A stretch of DNA of 64,000 nucleotides from Mobula hypostoma (Eukaryota), in contig NC_086109.1 in the NCBI RefSeq assembly GCF_963921235.1, forward strand, positions 9,674,001 through 9,738,000, given 5' to 3'. The translations under genes were made by a program, and so were the position numbers. Shown here in pieces: positions 12,201 to 25,045 of this stretch (within the stretch, counting starts at the first letter, position 1; the number at the start of each line of letters is the position of its first letter). Below the pieces are notes generated by a model that was not told the origin of the DNA, searched no databases, and was given only the letters and a program-made list of their open reading frames with translations.

Positions 12201-14556
12201 CCTTATAGTTTATTCTTTTCCTTTTATGTTTTTCCTTTCTTTTCTAGGTGGTTAGGGTTCTGTCAGAGCCCGTGAGCTATAGCTTAAACTGTGGTTCTTT
12301 GCAAGCGGTGGGTTTTCAGACCGGCTGGGTGGCCTAGCACTGTGCTAAATCCAGGAATGACCTGGAAGACATGCACCCTCGTGGATGACCCAGTTCCTCG
12401 CCTACTTTGCCGACTGAAGCCCCGTGGGAGACTGAAACCTAGAGACAGCAGGCAGTGTGTCTGCTAATCACCCGCTGCTGTCGGAAGAAGACCCCCGTAC
12501 TCAAGCTCCCTCTCTCTCTTTTGGTGGAGAGTGAGAGCCGGTCAGTCCTTGAGACGGGGGCTCAGAGAAGCGACGCGGAAGAGACGGGGGCTCAGAGGAG
12601 TGACGCGGAAGACTGAAGCATCGGAACAGCAAGCTGCTGGTCTCCACTCTCGCTGTTGCAGGAGTGACAGTGCTTTGATATTGGTAACTGTTTATTAAAG
12701 TCACATGTACCTAGATCCAGTGAAAGGCTAGACTTGCATACTGTTGATACAGATCAAATCATTACACAGTGCATTGAGGTAGAATAAGGTAAAAAAATAA
12801 CAATGCAGAATAAAGAGCAAAAGATACAGAGGAAGTGCAGTGCGCGTAAACAGTAAAGTGCAAGATCATAGTGATGCAGATTGTGAGGTCACGAGTCCAT
12901 CTTATCACACAGAAAGTCCATTCAAGAGTGTGATAACAGCGAGATAGAAGCTGGCCTTCAGCCTGCTGGTATATGCTTTCTGGCTTTTGTATCTTCTGCC
13001 TGATGAGATTGAACGTCTGGGGCGGGTGGTGCCTTTGATCGTAGCGGCTGCGTTACTGAACTGCGCAGACGACGTCCACAGAGAGGAAGCTGGTTCCTAG
13101 GATGTGCTGAGCCTTGTTCACAACTCTCTGCAGTTTCTTGCAGCCATTATCCACCCAGACAGAATACTTCCTGTGGTGCACCGATAAAAAGTGGTGGAAG
13201 TTGACAGGGACATATCGAATTTCTTCAGCTTCCTGAGGAAGTAGAGGCGCTGATGTGCTTTCTTTGAAGTGGGTTCCCAGTTCTGTCGTGAAACCTCCTC
13301 CTTCTCCTCTTTCAGCAGTGGTGGGCCAGGGTCAGTGAGTGCACCACACTTCCTCTGAAAGGCCTGAAACACATCTTTCAATCTCTCTTTCTCGCTGGCA
13401 GTAATTTTATTCCACAAGCAAAGCTCAGAAAAGAGGAGATGTTTCCTGAGAAGACGTGGTAACTAAAGACCGAGTTTTGGCCTCAGAAAAGACGCCAATA
13501 TTTGGTCTGGCTATTCCTCCAATGCAATCAGGGGGTTGGTAGGATTTTTCCAGTGCTTGGAGGAGGCTGCTGTAGGTTGTCCAGCTCCCAGAAGAATCTA
13601 TATCACTGGAAGAAGGAACAGGAGCAGTAATCCCGTAGCCTTGACAAAGGAATGGCAGCAGTAAACACCGTTAACATTCACGCCAGTATCGTCACCAGGA
13701 AAACATACGAAGATCAAAATGCACAGGAGCATCACAACTAGAAGCAGGCGTAGGGCTTTTAGTCTCCTGTGCCTTATTTGTTTATTTTATTTAGAGATAA
13801 AACAGGTCCTTCCGGCCCACGAGCCTCACCCTCCAGCAACCCCAATTTAACCCTTACCTAACCGCAGAACCATGTACAATGACCTGCTAACCGGAATGTC
13901 CTTGCACTGTAGGGGAAGCAGGAGCAGACAGAGGAAGCCCATGCAGTCATGGGGAAAACGTACCAACTCCTCTGACAGCGCTGGAACTGAACTCTGAGCT
14001 TCGGAACGCCCCGACTGCTACACCACTATTCAGTACCGTCACGGCTAATATTTCACTTCAGTGCATGAGCACCATATTCATTGACGACTATAGAATCGTA
14101 CAACATGGAATCAGGCTCTTCGGCCCTGATTGTCCATGCTGACCAAGGTGCCCAACTAAACTAGAATAGAATAGAACTTTATTGTCTTTGATAAAAACAA
14201 CAAGATTAGGGTGCTACTTCAGTTCATGCAAAGCAGTTACTTACAATGCATACGTCCGGCTTAATTATATTTAAAAAATTCCCATATTTACATACAAGTG
14301 ATAGTCCTTAACATTCAGAGGCCATTGGCAAGCCAGGGTGTAGCATTATTCAGCTGCACAACAGCCCTCGGGAAGAAGCTGTTTTTCAGTCTTACTGTCT
14401 TGGCTATGATCTTTCTGTATCTGCGCCCAGATGGCAGGAGATTGGACAGATAGCATCTGGAATGGGATGGGTCTTAATCCCATAGGCCTGCATTTGGCCG
14501 AGATCCCTCTGAAATTTTCCTGTCTATGTCGATTTAAATGTTGTTATTGTACCTCT

Positions 14557-15460
14557 TGTTATGTTTTGTACTCCAAAACATAAAGCTAATTGAAAGAAAA
14601 AACAGAGTCGGGAGGTGCATTTTACTTTAGTGAGGCGTGCACATATGATCTGGCGTAATAACATATGCTATTTACGTACTTTTACATTTAACCCATAATA
14701 AATTATGTAAACAAACAAAGAATGCTTTATCAAGCAATATTTTTACAATATGACTCAAATATTACTGAAATATTAAATACACATCTCCGCTTAGCTATAA
14801 ACTGCAACCCAATACAGAATGAATCTCAACTTACACAAGCACACACACACATATATATGTATATATATTATGTATATGTATATATGTGTGTGTGTGTGTG
14901 TGTGTGTCTATATAGTAGCGTGTTGGTGCGTGGCCAAGTGGTTAAGGTGTTTGTCTAGTGATCTGAAGGTCACTAGTTCGAGAGCCTTGGCTGAGGCAGC
15001 CTGTTGTGTCCTTGAGCAAGGCACTTAACCACACATTGCTCTGCAAGGACACTGGTGCCAAGCTGTATGGGTCCTAATGCCCTTCCCTTGGACAACATTG
15101 GTGGCATGGAGAGGGGAGACTTGCAGCATGGGCAACTGCTGGTCTTCCATACAATCTTGCCCAGGCCTGCACCCTGGAAACCTTCCAAGGCACAAATCCA
15201 TGGTCTCACGAGACTAACGGATGCCTATATACAGTATGTGGTTGTAGGAGTTGACTCTAGGACTGCAGGAAGTTGTTCTGTCAGCCCTCGACACCTTTTA
15301 GCTCCTTTCTGCGTTTTTCTCCAAAATGCTCTTGGCATCTTCTGGATGTGTTGGCAACCAAAACATCTGCTTGATCTGCTGATCTGTCCCAGGCCACCAG
15401 ACAAAGCTTCCAGCCAGCACTTTCATTTTGACCATGCCTAAATGACTGGCATGCAAACTC
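14557..15460 (-). mobile_element. Ty3/Gypsy remnant: LTR (~14557-14783) plus integrase zinc-binding fragment, interrupted by a SINE
   Basis: ORF 15298-15570 contains LHASHLGMVKMKVLAGSFVWWPGTDQQI, the Gypsy integrase HHCC region; the LTR is homologous to 42887-43546. Confidence 0.7.
14925..15230 (+). mobile_element. tRNA-derived SINE, family A (copy 1 of 3)
   Basis: A-box TGGCCAAGTGG and B-box-like GTTCGAG; nearly identical to 22403-22708 and 28250-28551. Confidence 0.85.
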
Positions 15461-18400
15461 GATTTCAACATTGAAGAGAAGTTTGGATAAGTAATTGTAT
15501 AGTAGGGATATGGAGGGCCGTGGACCCAGAGCAGGTCGATGGGAGTAGGCAGTTTAAATGGTTTTGGCATGGACTAGATGGGCCAAAGGGCCTGTTTCTA
15601 TGTTGTACTTCTCTAAGATTCTATGACTCTATGAAGGTATGCTAGCCAATAATATCAAAGGATGCCAAAAGTTTTTCTTTCAGACATATAAAGAGTAAAA
15701 GAGAGGCGAGAGTAGATATCAGACCAATGGAAAATGATGTTGAAAAGGTAGTAATGGGAGAAAGGATGAACTGAATAAGTATTTTGCATCAGTCTTCACT
15801 ATGGAAGGCACTAGCAGTATGCCAGAAGTTCGACAGTGTCAGGGGGGCAGGAGTGAGTGCAGTTGCCATTTCTAGGGAGAAGGTGCTTAGGAAGATGAAA
15901 GGTCTGAAGATGCCTGTAAGGAGTTTGTACGTTTTCCCCATTACTACGTGGGTCTTCTCTCTGTGTTCCTGTTTCCCTCACAGTGCAAAGACACTCCGGT
16001 TAGCAGGTTAATTGGTCACTGCTCCCTTGCTGAAGAAATTATTATCTGAGTTTGTGACTTCTGATTTGGGAACAGCCCATTCTGCATCTGCCCCATACAG
16101 AGTCTGTACATATCAACTAGATCACTTGTCATTCAGAGTGATTACAGGGAATCAGCCTTTTTGTAAAACAGATGCCTGGGCAACCACTTTTTGTCACTTC
16201 TGTTAAAGTCATGAGAACTGATGAATGCGGGTTTGATTGCAACATGTCAGAGAAATGTGGATAAGTACAGGGATGGGAGGGGTATGCAGCCATGGATTGA
16301 CAGGATTCAAAGCTTCAAAGTACATTTATTATCAAAGTATGTATATGCTGTATGCAACCCTGAGATTTGTCTTCCCCATAGACAGCCACGAAATGAAGAC
16401 CATGGAACCAATCCATTCAAAGAAAAACATCAAACACCACCCACCACACATATAAAAAAACAAATTGTGCAAACAACAAAAAAAAAACAAACAAAAATAC
16501 AGAATATAAAACACAAAAATGAAAGAATCGATGCATATTCCAGGCTAGGTAAAATAACAGATCAATATGGACTAGATGGGCCAAATGGTCTCTTTCTGTA
16601 CTCTGTGACCCTAAGACTCAATATGATGAAATTGTTCTTGTTTTTTATTCTCATTTATTTGCAAAATGTTGGCATTATTGTTGAGGTGTATATTTTCCAC
16701 ATCTAGTTGTCCTTCAGAGAATTCTGATACACTCCTTTGCTGAGATATTGCAGTTCTCTGATGAAGATAGCTCCACTATGTTTATTGATTATATCTCGGC
16801 ATTGAAAACCGTCACTCCCTCAGCACTGCTCAACATGCTTCGAAACCTTGGCCATTGTACCTCCCTCTGCACCTGTATCCTTGTAACATTTAAGAAAGTT
16901 TGGCTGAGTACTCGGATGGGCGGGGTATGGTCAACTGTGGTCCAGGTTCGGGTTGATAACACAAGCAGTAAACAGTTTAGCACAGATTAGATCGGCTGAA
17001 GGGCTAGTTTCTGTACTGTAGTGGTCTACGATTCTATCTATATTTCAGCTGGTTAGTAAAGAACTTTTAAAGTATTGCAGAACACAGCACACCCTTAATG
17101 TGGTGCAATAAGAGGGAAGTCCTTGTATCTGTAAGATTAAACAGTGACTCACTAGCCATGACTAAACATCAAGAGCTTTAGAGCATACTCATGTGTTGAA
17201 CATGAGTCAAGTCATCATGATCTTGAATTCATGCGGAATTGGATGATTGCCCCACAAAGCCTTGCTCTGGTCCATAAGGAGTTAATAATCAGAAGACATA
17301 ATAAAGAAATAATCCTTGGGTTTTACTGTTCTTTGGAAAGATGTGATGTGACTTTGGAAAGAGTTGCAGTGACTTTGGGAGTTTTTGAGTCATAGAGACA
17401 TAGGCTTATTACAGCTCAGTTCAGGCTCTTTGGCACCTAATGTCTAATCTAACCCTCCTCTCCTACATAGACCTCCACTTTTCTAGTGCCTATCTTAAAT
17501 GCCTCTAACATATCTGTTTCTACCACCACCAATGGCAGGGCATTCCAGACACCCACCATCTCTGCCATCCCCCCCTATACTTTCCTCCAATCACTTTAAG
17601 ATTATGGCCCTTTGATGCAATCAGTCAGGACATTATCAGGCAGTCTTCAACATAACAGCATGAATGTTGGTTTCATCTAACAAAGTAGCCACTCCCCTTT
17701 GTCCCTATCACCACACATTCCCCTTTCCCTGCCCTCTCGATCTGCCCATCACTTATACATTTCTCTGGTTGCTGTCTTCATCTCTTCATTCCATGGTCTT
17801 CTCCCATCAGATTCCATCTTCTATAACCCTTATCACTTACACATATAACCTCCCAGCTTCTGACACTATTTCTGTTCTCGCCCAGCACCTGCTTATTACC
17901 ACCCTCCTCTCACCTGGATCAGCCAGCTCCTGCTCCACCCTTCCACCCACCGTTTTATACCAGCGAGCTCTCGTCTTTCTGTCCTGTCCCGATGAAGGCT
18001 CTCAACTCAAAATGTCGACTGTCCATTCCATCCCCCTCCCCACAGTACTGCTCCCTCATGGACACTAGCCTCTGTAGACTCCAGAACATCCTCAAGGGGC
18101 GATGCCTCCAAAGGGCGACATCCATCACTGAGGACCCCCGTCACCCAGGTCATGTCTTGTTCTTATTGCCACCATTGGGGAGGAGGTACAGGAGCCTGAA
18201 GGCACACACTCAACGATTCAAAACAGCTTCTTCCCTTCTGACTTCCATTTCTGAATGGACATTGAAACCATGAACACTACCTCACTACATCTTTATTTCT
18301 GTTTTTGCATTTCCTATTTAATTTAACTATTTAATATATACGTATATTTACTGTAATCCATATTTTTTCTCTATAATTATGAATTGCATGGTACTGCTGC

Positions 18401-19427
18401 CATAAAGTTAACAAATTTTATATGCCGGTGATATTGAACCTGATTCAGATTCTGATTTTGATACTGCCTGGCCTACTGAGATCCTCCAACGCTTTGTGGG
18501 TTCTTCAGAAGTCCAGCATCTGAAGACTCTTGTTTTTCAAGCTACATCTGTTTTTACGATCTTGGATGTTCTTTTCCCTGGCCTTTCAAACAGCAGGTGT
18601 GATTTAGCAAGTTGCATCCATTCTTAAGTCTGCTGTGCCGAGTGACAAACCTCTAAGGAATGTGTGATGACTAGTCTCCAGCGAGCTCTCCACCCAATAA
18701 CCAGCAGAGCTGGTTTGGCCCAGCATTAGTGACAATTGGAATGAAACTGCAGAGAACTGTGGACAGAATGTGGAAAGCAGCCGCCCCTCTATGGACTCTA
18801 TCTACATTCCTTGCTGTCTTGGTAAAACAGCCAACATGAAAGTGCAGGCTCAAGATCGCATATGGTAACATATACTGTACGTACTTTGATAATATAGTTA
18901 CTTCGACTTTGAACATAACTAAAAACCCCACCCACCCCAAACATTCTCTCTTCTCCCCTCTCCCATCGGGCAGAAGATACAAAAGTCTGAAAGAATGCAC
19001 CTACAGGCTCAAGGGCAGCATCTATCTACCCAACTGTTACTAGACTCTTGAATGGATCTCCTGTACAATAAGGTGATCTCCTGGACTCAAAATCTACCTC
19101 ATAATGATTTTGCACCTTAGTGTTTAACTGCACTACACTTTCTCTGGAGTTATTACACTTTATTCTGCATTGTTATTGTTTTATCTTGTATCTCCTCAGG
19201 GCACTGTGTAATGATCTAATCTGTGTGAACACTATGTACGACAAGCTTCCTATTGTATCTTGGTACATGTGACAATAATAAACCAATAGCAATACCAAAA
19301 GCAAATTGGTAACTTGGTAAAGTCAGTTATTATTGTCGCACGTACTGAGATACAGTGAAAACTAAAGCAACAAACACAAAATGCTGGAAGAATCCAGCAG
19401 GCCAGGCAGCATATATGGAAAGGACTA

Positions 19428-19465
19428 CAGTTGACGTTTCGGGCCGAGACCCTTCGTCAGGACTG
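19428..19465 (-). ncRNA. Minimal type I hammerhead ribozyme motif (PLE-associated)
   Basis: Minus strand CAGUC CUGACGA A GGGU-CUCG-GCCC GAAAC GUC AACUG; core intact, one stem I mismatch. Confidence 0.6.
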
Positions 19466-19643
19466 GAAGGAAGGGGAGAAGTCAGAATAAGAAGTTGGGC
19501 GGAAGTGAGGAAGAAGTACAAGGTGGCAGGTGATAGGTGAAACAAAAAGTAAGGGAGGGGTGAAGTAAAGAGCTGGGAAGTTGATTGGTGAAAGAGATAA
19601 TAGGCTAGTGGAATGGGGACTCTGATAGGAGAGGACAGAAGAC

Positions 19644-19644
<1 letters not shown>

Positions 19645-19674
<30 letters not shown>

Positions 19675-20233
19675 CAGATAGATATACTTTATTGATCCTG
19701 AGGGAAATTGGGTTTCATTACAGCCGCATCAACCAAGAATAGAGCGTAAATATAGCAATACAAAAACCACAAACAATCAAACAACAAAATGCAAACTATG
19801 CCAGATGGAAAGAAGTCCAGGACCAGCCTATTGGCTCAGGGTGTCTGACCCTCCACGGGAGGAACTGCACGTTCGATGGCCACAGGCAGGAATGACCTCC
19901 CGTGCTGCCCAGTGTTGTATCTCGGTGGAATATGGACGAGGTCCGACAGTAAAAAGTTCAATATCCGGTCTACAAACACGTTCCTCGATCGTAATATGAC
20001 CCGGATTGCACCACCTGTTGTTAACCAGAACAGCAAGCACCCAACTCCTTTACGCTTACCACTCTCAGTGCACTTCCGGTCAGCCCGAACGGTCTGGAAG
20101 CCATCCATGGAGAAGTTTTGATCGAGTATGTCCTCGTGCAGCCCCGTTCCAGTGAAACACATCACACTGCACTCCCAAAATGTTCTCTGACACCTGGCTA
20201 GCGCCGTGGAGTTGTCCATTTTATTACCCATCT
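19645..20233 (-). mobile_element. Internally deleted Rex1/Babar derivative (endonuclease N-terminus fused to ORF C-terminus and 3' UTR) with (GATA)n tail
   Basis: GNKMD...CFT...DGFQTVRADR...VNNRWC...GPRPY (APE start) runs directly into IPPRYNTGQHGRSFLPVAI, homologous to the end of the 36756-38312 ORF; possible TSD AGACA. Confidence 0.75.
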
Positions 20234-21691
20234 AGACAATGGAATAAAGGGAAGGGGGAGGAGAAACAGAGGGGGGTGGTGGGCAGGTAAGGAGCTAAGG
20301 TGAGAGAGGGAAATGGGAATGGGAATGGTAAAGGGGGGAAATTACCAGAAGTTCAAGAAATTGATGTTCATCAGGTTGGAGGCTACCCAGATGGAATACA
20401 AGGTGTTGCTCCTCCAACCTGAGTGTGCCCTTGTCGTGGCAGTGGAGGAGGCCGTGGACTGACATGTTGGAAGGGGAATGGGAAGTGGAATTAAAATGGA
20501 TGGCCATTGAGAAATCCCGTTTTTTTCTGGTGGGTGGAGTGTAGGTGCTCGGCAAAGCGCCTCCCAATCTACATTGGCTCCCACCGATATACAGGAGGAC
20601 AAGTTTGTCTCTTCTCATTGCTACCATCAGGAAGGAGTACAAAGTTTCTTTTTCCATATTATTATGTATTACATTGTACTGCTGCCACCAAGTTAACAAA
20701 TTTCACGACCTATGCTGCTGATATTAAACCTGATTTATATCCAGGTTCTGATTCTGATTGCGTACTGTCTATACAGATCAATTCATTACAATTGTGCTTC
20801 AAGGTAAAGCAATAACAGAATGCAGAGTGAAGTGTTACTGTTTCGGAGAAAGTCGACTGCAGGCAGGTAAAAGAGTGTAATGCCGTGATAAGGAACGTTG
20901 TGAGGCCAAGGGAGCATCTTATTGCACTGGGGAACTGTTCAACAGAACTATAACAGCAGGAGGTATGTACTTTTGTATCTTCTGACCAATGAGAGTAAGA
21001 GAAGAGACAATACTTGGGGTGTACAGCGGCCAATTGTAACAAACCAGTTGCCACTACCAGCAACCTAGCATGGGTCATTATCCTTGTATGACCAATCCAA
21101 TAATAATATTCCACAAAGTCGAAGAAATGTCTTTGATCCTTTGTTAGCAGCTAGCAAAACACACAATTAAGCAGGCAACAAAAGATATGACATCAGGCGG
21201 TCTCTAGAACCAAAATGCCCACAATAAAGCACGAAAGCGTAACTTATTCCCTTCGCCTTTGCCAAGCCCCACCCATGTGACTAATTACCATAATGAACAT
21301 TATGAACGTGCAACACAGAATCCAAGCAGAGAGAGAATGAATGCGTGGATCTGACAGGGTGACAGGGGTCTTTGATAACTTCTGTATCAAGGCAGAGGAG
21401 TCCATGGAGGGGAGGCTGGTTTCGGTGATGTGCTGAGCTGTGTACACAACTCTCTGTGGTTTCTTGCAGTCTCAGGCAAAGCAGTTGCTATACCAAGCCG
21501 TGCAATTCTCTACGTGAACGAGATCTCGCTGCACTACAGTGGAAGATTTTTGGAGAGATACTTAAATACTTTGAAGAAGGAGTTATTAAACACTGCTCAC
21601 ATCTGCAGGATATTGGAAGTGTATTTACTATTATGTCACTCTTATGACAGATGTCATAAGACTGTCATGATGAATTGCAAAATACTGTATA

Positions 21692-22208
21692 CACTCAGTA
21701 GCCACTTTATTAGGTACACCTGCTTGCTAATGCTAATATCTAATCAGCCAGTCATGTGACCACAACTCAATGCATGCAGACATGGTCAAGAGGTTCAGTT
21801 GTTGTTCAGATTAAATGTGCAAATGGGGGAAGAAATGTGATCTAAGTCACTTTGACCGTGGAATGATTGTTGGTGCCAGACAGGATGATCTTAGAAACTG
21901 CTGATCTCCTGGGATTTTCACACACAAGTCTCTAGAGTTGACAGAGAATCGTACGAAAAGCAAAAAAACCATCCCGTGAGCAGCAGTGCCTTGTTAGTGA
22001 GAGAGGTCAGAGGAGAATGGCTAGACAGGAAGTTGACAGTAACTCAACTAACCATACGTTACAACAGTGGTGTGCAGAAGAGCATCTCTGAATGCACAAC
22101 ATGTCGAAGCTTGATGTGGATGGGCTACAGCAGCAGGAGACCACAAACATTCACTCAGGGGTCATTTTGTCAGGTATAAGAAGTATCTAATAAAATGGAA
22201 ACCGAGTG
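21692..22208 (+). mobile_element. Non-autonomous Tc1 derivative with both TIRs
   Basis: TA|CACTCAGTAGCCACTTTATTAGGTAC ... GTATCTAATAAAATGGAAACCGAGTG|TA; decayed transposase N-terminus, no DDE domain. Confidence 0.85.
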
Positions 22209-22402
22209 TATATTCACAGAATGTGGATGCCGCCGGCAGTGTCAGAATTTATTGTTCACCTCTAATTACTCTGGAAAGAAAGAGACAGTTAAGAATACAG
22301 TGTTTAATCTGGAGCCATGCACAGGACAGACCAGGTCAGGAGGGCTTTGGTGAGCCTGGTGGAAATTTGCTACGTGGATTATTGAACATAGAACATCACA
22401 GC

Positions 22403-22708
22403 GTGGCCAAGTGGTTAAGGCATCGGTCTAGTGATCTGAAGGTCGTGAGTTCGAGCCTCAGCTGAGGCAGCGTGTTGTGTCCTTGAGCAAGGCACTTAAT
22501 CACACATTGCTCTGCGACGACACCGGTGCCAAGCTGTATGGGTCCTAATGCCCTTCCCTTGGACAACATCGGTGGCATGGAGAGGGGAGACTTGCAACAT
22601 GGGCAACTGCCGGTCTTCCATACAACCTTGCCCAAGCCTGCGCCCTGGAAACCTTCCAAGGCGCAAATCCATGGTCTCACGAGACTAACGGATGCCTATA
22701 TAAAATAA
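22403..22708 (+). mobile_element. tRNA-derived SINE, family A (copy 2) with 11-bp TSD
   Basis: A-box TGGCCAAGTGG, B-box GAGTTCGAGCC, A-rich tail; flanked by AACATCACAGC at 22392-22402 and 22709-22719. Confidence 0.9.
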
Positions 22709-23511
22709 AACATCACAGCACAGGCCCTTCGGTCCACAATGCTGTGCTGACCCTTTAATCTACTCCACGGCCAGTCGAACCTTCCCGTGTCCCTCCATTT
22801 TTTAATATTTTATTGATTTAGACATACAGCACGGTAACGGGTCCTTGCGGCCCAGTGAGCCCAATGGCACTCGTGTGACCAATTAACCTACTAACTGTGC
22901 GCCTCTGGAATGCGGGAGGAAACTGGAGCCTCCATGGGAATCTCACGCAGTCACAGAGGGAATGTAAAAACTTACAGGCAGTGGCAGAATTGAACCTAGG
23001 GTCGTTGGCGCTGTAATAGCATTACGCAACCACGCCACGTTTTTTTTATCCCTGTGCCTACCTAAGGATCTATTAAAATCTCTAATGTCCCCAGCAGTGC
23101 ACTTCCATCACTTCCCACTCCCTATGTTAAAAAAAACACTACCTCTGACATCTCCCTTAAACTTTCCCCAACTCGCCTTCACACGATTTATTTATTTATT
23201 GAGCTACAACACAAAGTAGGCCCTCTGTGGCCCCCCGATTGAACACTAGTCCGGTCACAAGGCAATTTACAGTGACCAATTAACCAACCAGCTGGTACGT
23301 CCTTGGACTGCGAGAGGAAACCCACGCGGTCACGGAGAGAACGTTCCTGGCAGCGGCGGTGGGAATTGAACCTGGGTTGCTGGTACTGTAAAGCGCTGTG
23401 CTAGCCACGACCCAACATGCTGATCATTGTGCCCCCTCATACTAACAACTGGCGCCCTGGGGAAAAAGCACTCTCTGTCGGGTCTATATAATTAGAAATG
23501 CCTAATAATGG

Positions 23512-23960
23512 AGATTTACCAGGATGCTGCCTGGTTTAGAAAGTATGCATTATGATCAGAGATTAAGGGAGCTCGGGCTTTACTCTTTGGAGAGAAGGAG
23601 GATGAGAGGAGACATGATAGAGGTGTACAAGATAATAAGAGGAATAGATAGAGTGGATAGCCAGCGCCTCTTCCCCAGGGCACCACTACTCAATACAAGG
23701 GGACATGGCTTTAAGGTAAGGGGTGGGAAGTTCAAGGGGGATATTAGAGGAAGGTTTTTCATTCAGAGAGTGGTTGGTGCATGGAATGCACTGCCTGAGT
23801 CAGTGGTGGAGGCAGATACACTAGTGAAGTTTAAGAGACTATTAGACAGGTATATGGAGGAATTTAAGGTGGGGGTTTATATGGGACGCAGGGTTTGAGG
23901 GTTGGCACAACATTGTGGGCCGAAGGGTCTGTACTGTGCTGTACTATTCTATGTTTTATG
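23512..23960 (+). mobile_element. Young CR1 LINE 3' fragment
   Basis: Uninterrupted ORF 23524-23898 RLRELGLYSLERRRMRGDMIEVYKI...TRGHGFK...FFIQRVVGAWNALP followed by the 3' UTR. Confidence 0.85.
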
Positions 23961-24399
23961 TTCTGTCTAATCCAGGCAGCATCCTGATAACTCTTCCTGA
24001 CACCCCCTCTAAACTTTCTACATCCTCCCAATAGTGAGGTGACCTGAACTGGACACAATACTCAAACAATGTCTGAAGGGGGCGGAAGGAGTACAGCACA
24101 GAAACAGGCCCTTCAGCCCATCTAGTCCACGCCAAAACCATTTAAAATGCCTACTCCCAGCCCATACACCCTGCCATCCGTGTATCTATCTTACGTGCTG
24201 AAATCGAGCTGATATTCACCACTTGCGCTGGCAGCTCGTTCCTCTCTCTGCCGACCCTCTGAGTGAAGAAGTTTCCCCTCACCTTCCCCTTAAACTTCTC
24301 GGCTTTCACTCTTAAACCATTGAGTGGGAAGATGAGAGCCAGCATCGGATTGAGAGGGGCCTGATTCAGGAACATGTGCATGTAGAGAAGTGCAATGTT

Positions 24400-25045
24400 A
24401 TGTCATTCTGTGTTTCACACAGTCAGTGATTACACAACGCCGGGAGACAGACGGAGCGTTCCCTTTAAGGTACTGAGCCAAAGCTGCCGATAATATTGTT
24501 GCAGTGTGTCAGTAGCCGTTCACGGGGGGCCACCCCCTGTGCACGCCCTGAAGCAGTGTCATCGGAACCGAGCAGACCAGTCCTCGGCGTGAGTTTGACA
24601 AGTACCTTTGTCTGACAGTTCCTCAGTCCCCGAGACTGCCTACACTTCATTCATCGTAAAGCACCGCTGCCGAGGCTGAGAGTAACTTCCTGACTGCCCC
24701 GCAGTAGACGAATAGGAATGAGCCAAACCGTGAGTACTACATAAAGGACCGTAACAAGTTGTCGCTTTCGGTTTCACAGGCTGCTCTCCTCGGCTGGTGT
24801 CCTCCACTCTCGAGTTCCTCTCCCTCGGCGTCTTCAGCTGCTGGGGCCCGTCAGGCAGCGGGGTGATCCGTTCAGAGGCTGCCCCCAGACTCGGTAGGTT
24901 TGCGGGCGGGCGGCGCCTCCTCACGCGATGTCGCTGGCCTCTTTGTACGCAAAAGGGATCGGCTGCACTTGTCGCAGGGACATGCGTCGTTGGCGTCAAA
25001 GACTAACGCGGTCGGAGGGTGTCCTGGTGTCGGCTCCCCCAGTGC
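24400..25045 (+). promoter_or_regulatory. CpG-rich non-repetitive segment; candidate RAB7B promoter or 5' non-coding exon(s)
   Basis: Many more CpGs than the flanks, 1.5-2 kb upstream of the first coding exon, which itself begins at a splice acceptor. Donor-like GTGAGT at 24589 and 24730, GTAGGT at 24894; GC-box-like GGGCGGGCGG near 24904. Confidence 0.4.

Larger units (their letters stand above)
19370..20600 (-). mobile_element. Penelope-like terminal fragment interrupted by a Rex1 derivative
   Basis: Hammerhead at 19428-19465, purine-rich spacer, GIY-YIG tail HFNSTSHS...RLEEQHLVFHLGSLQP (ORF 20295-20699). Confidence 0.75.

Noticed and set aside
22403..22470. tRNA genes
   Set aside because: The A/B boxes belong to SINE heads; no complete cloverleaf, and they continue into SINE bodies with TSDs.
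24465..24999. Minus-strand ORFs (119 aa, 61 aa) in the CpG-rich segment
   Set aside because: Low-complexity R/P/S-rich frames bounded by stops, as expected by chance in GC-rich DNA.
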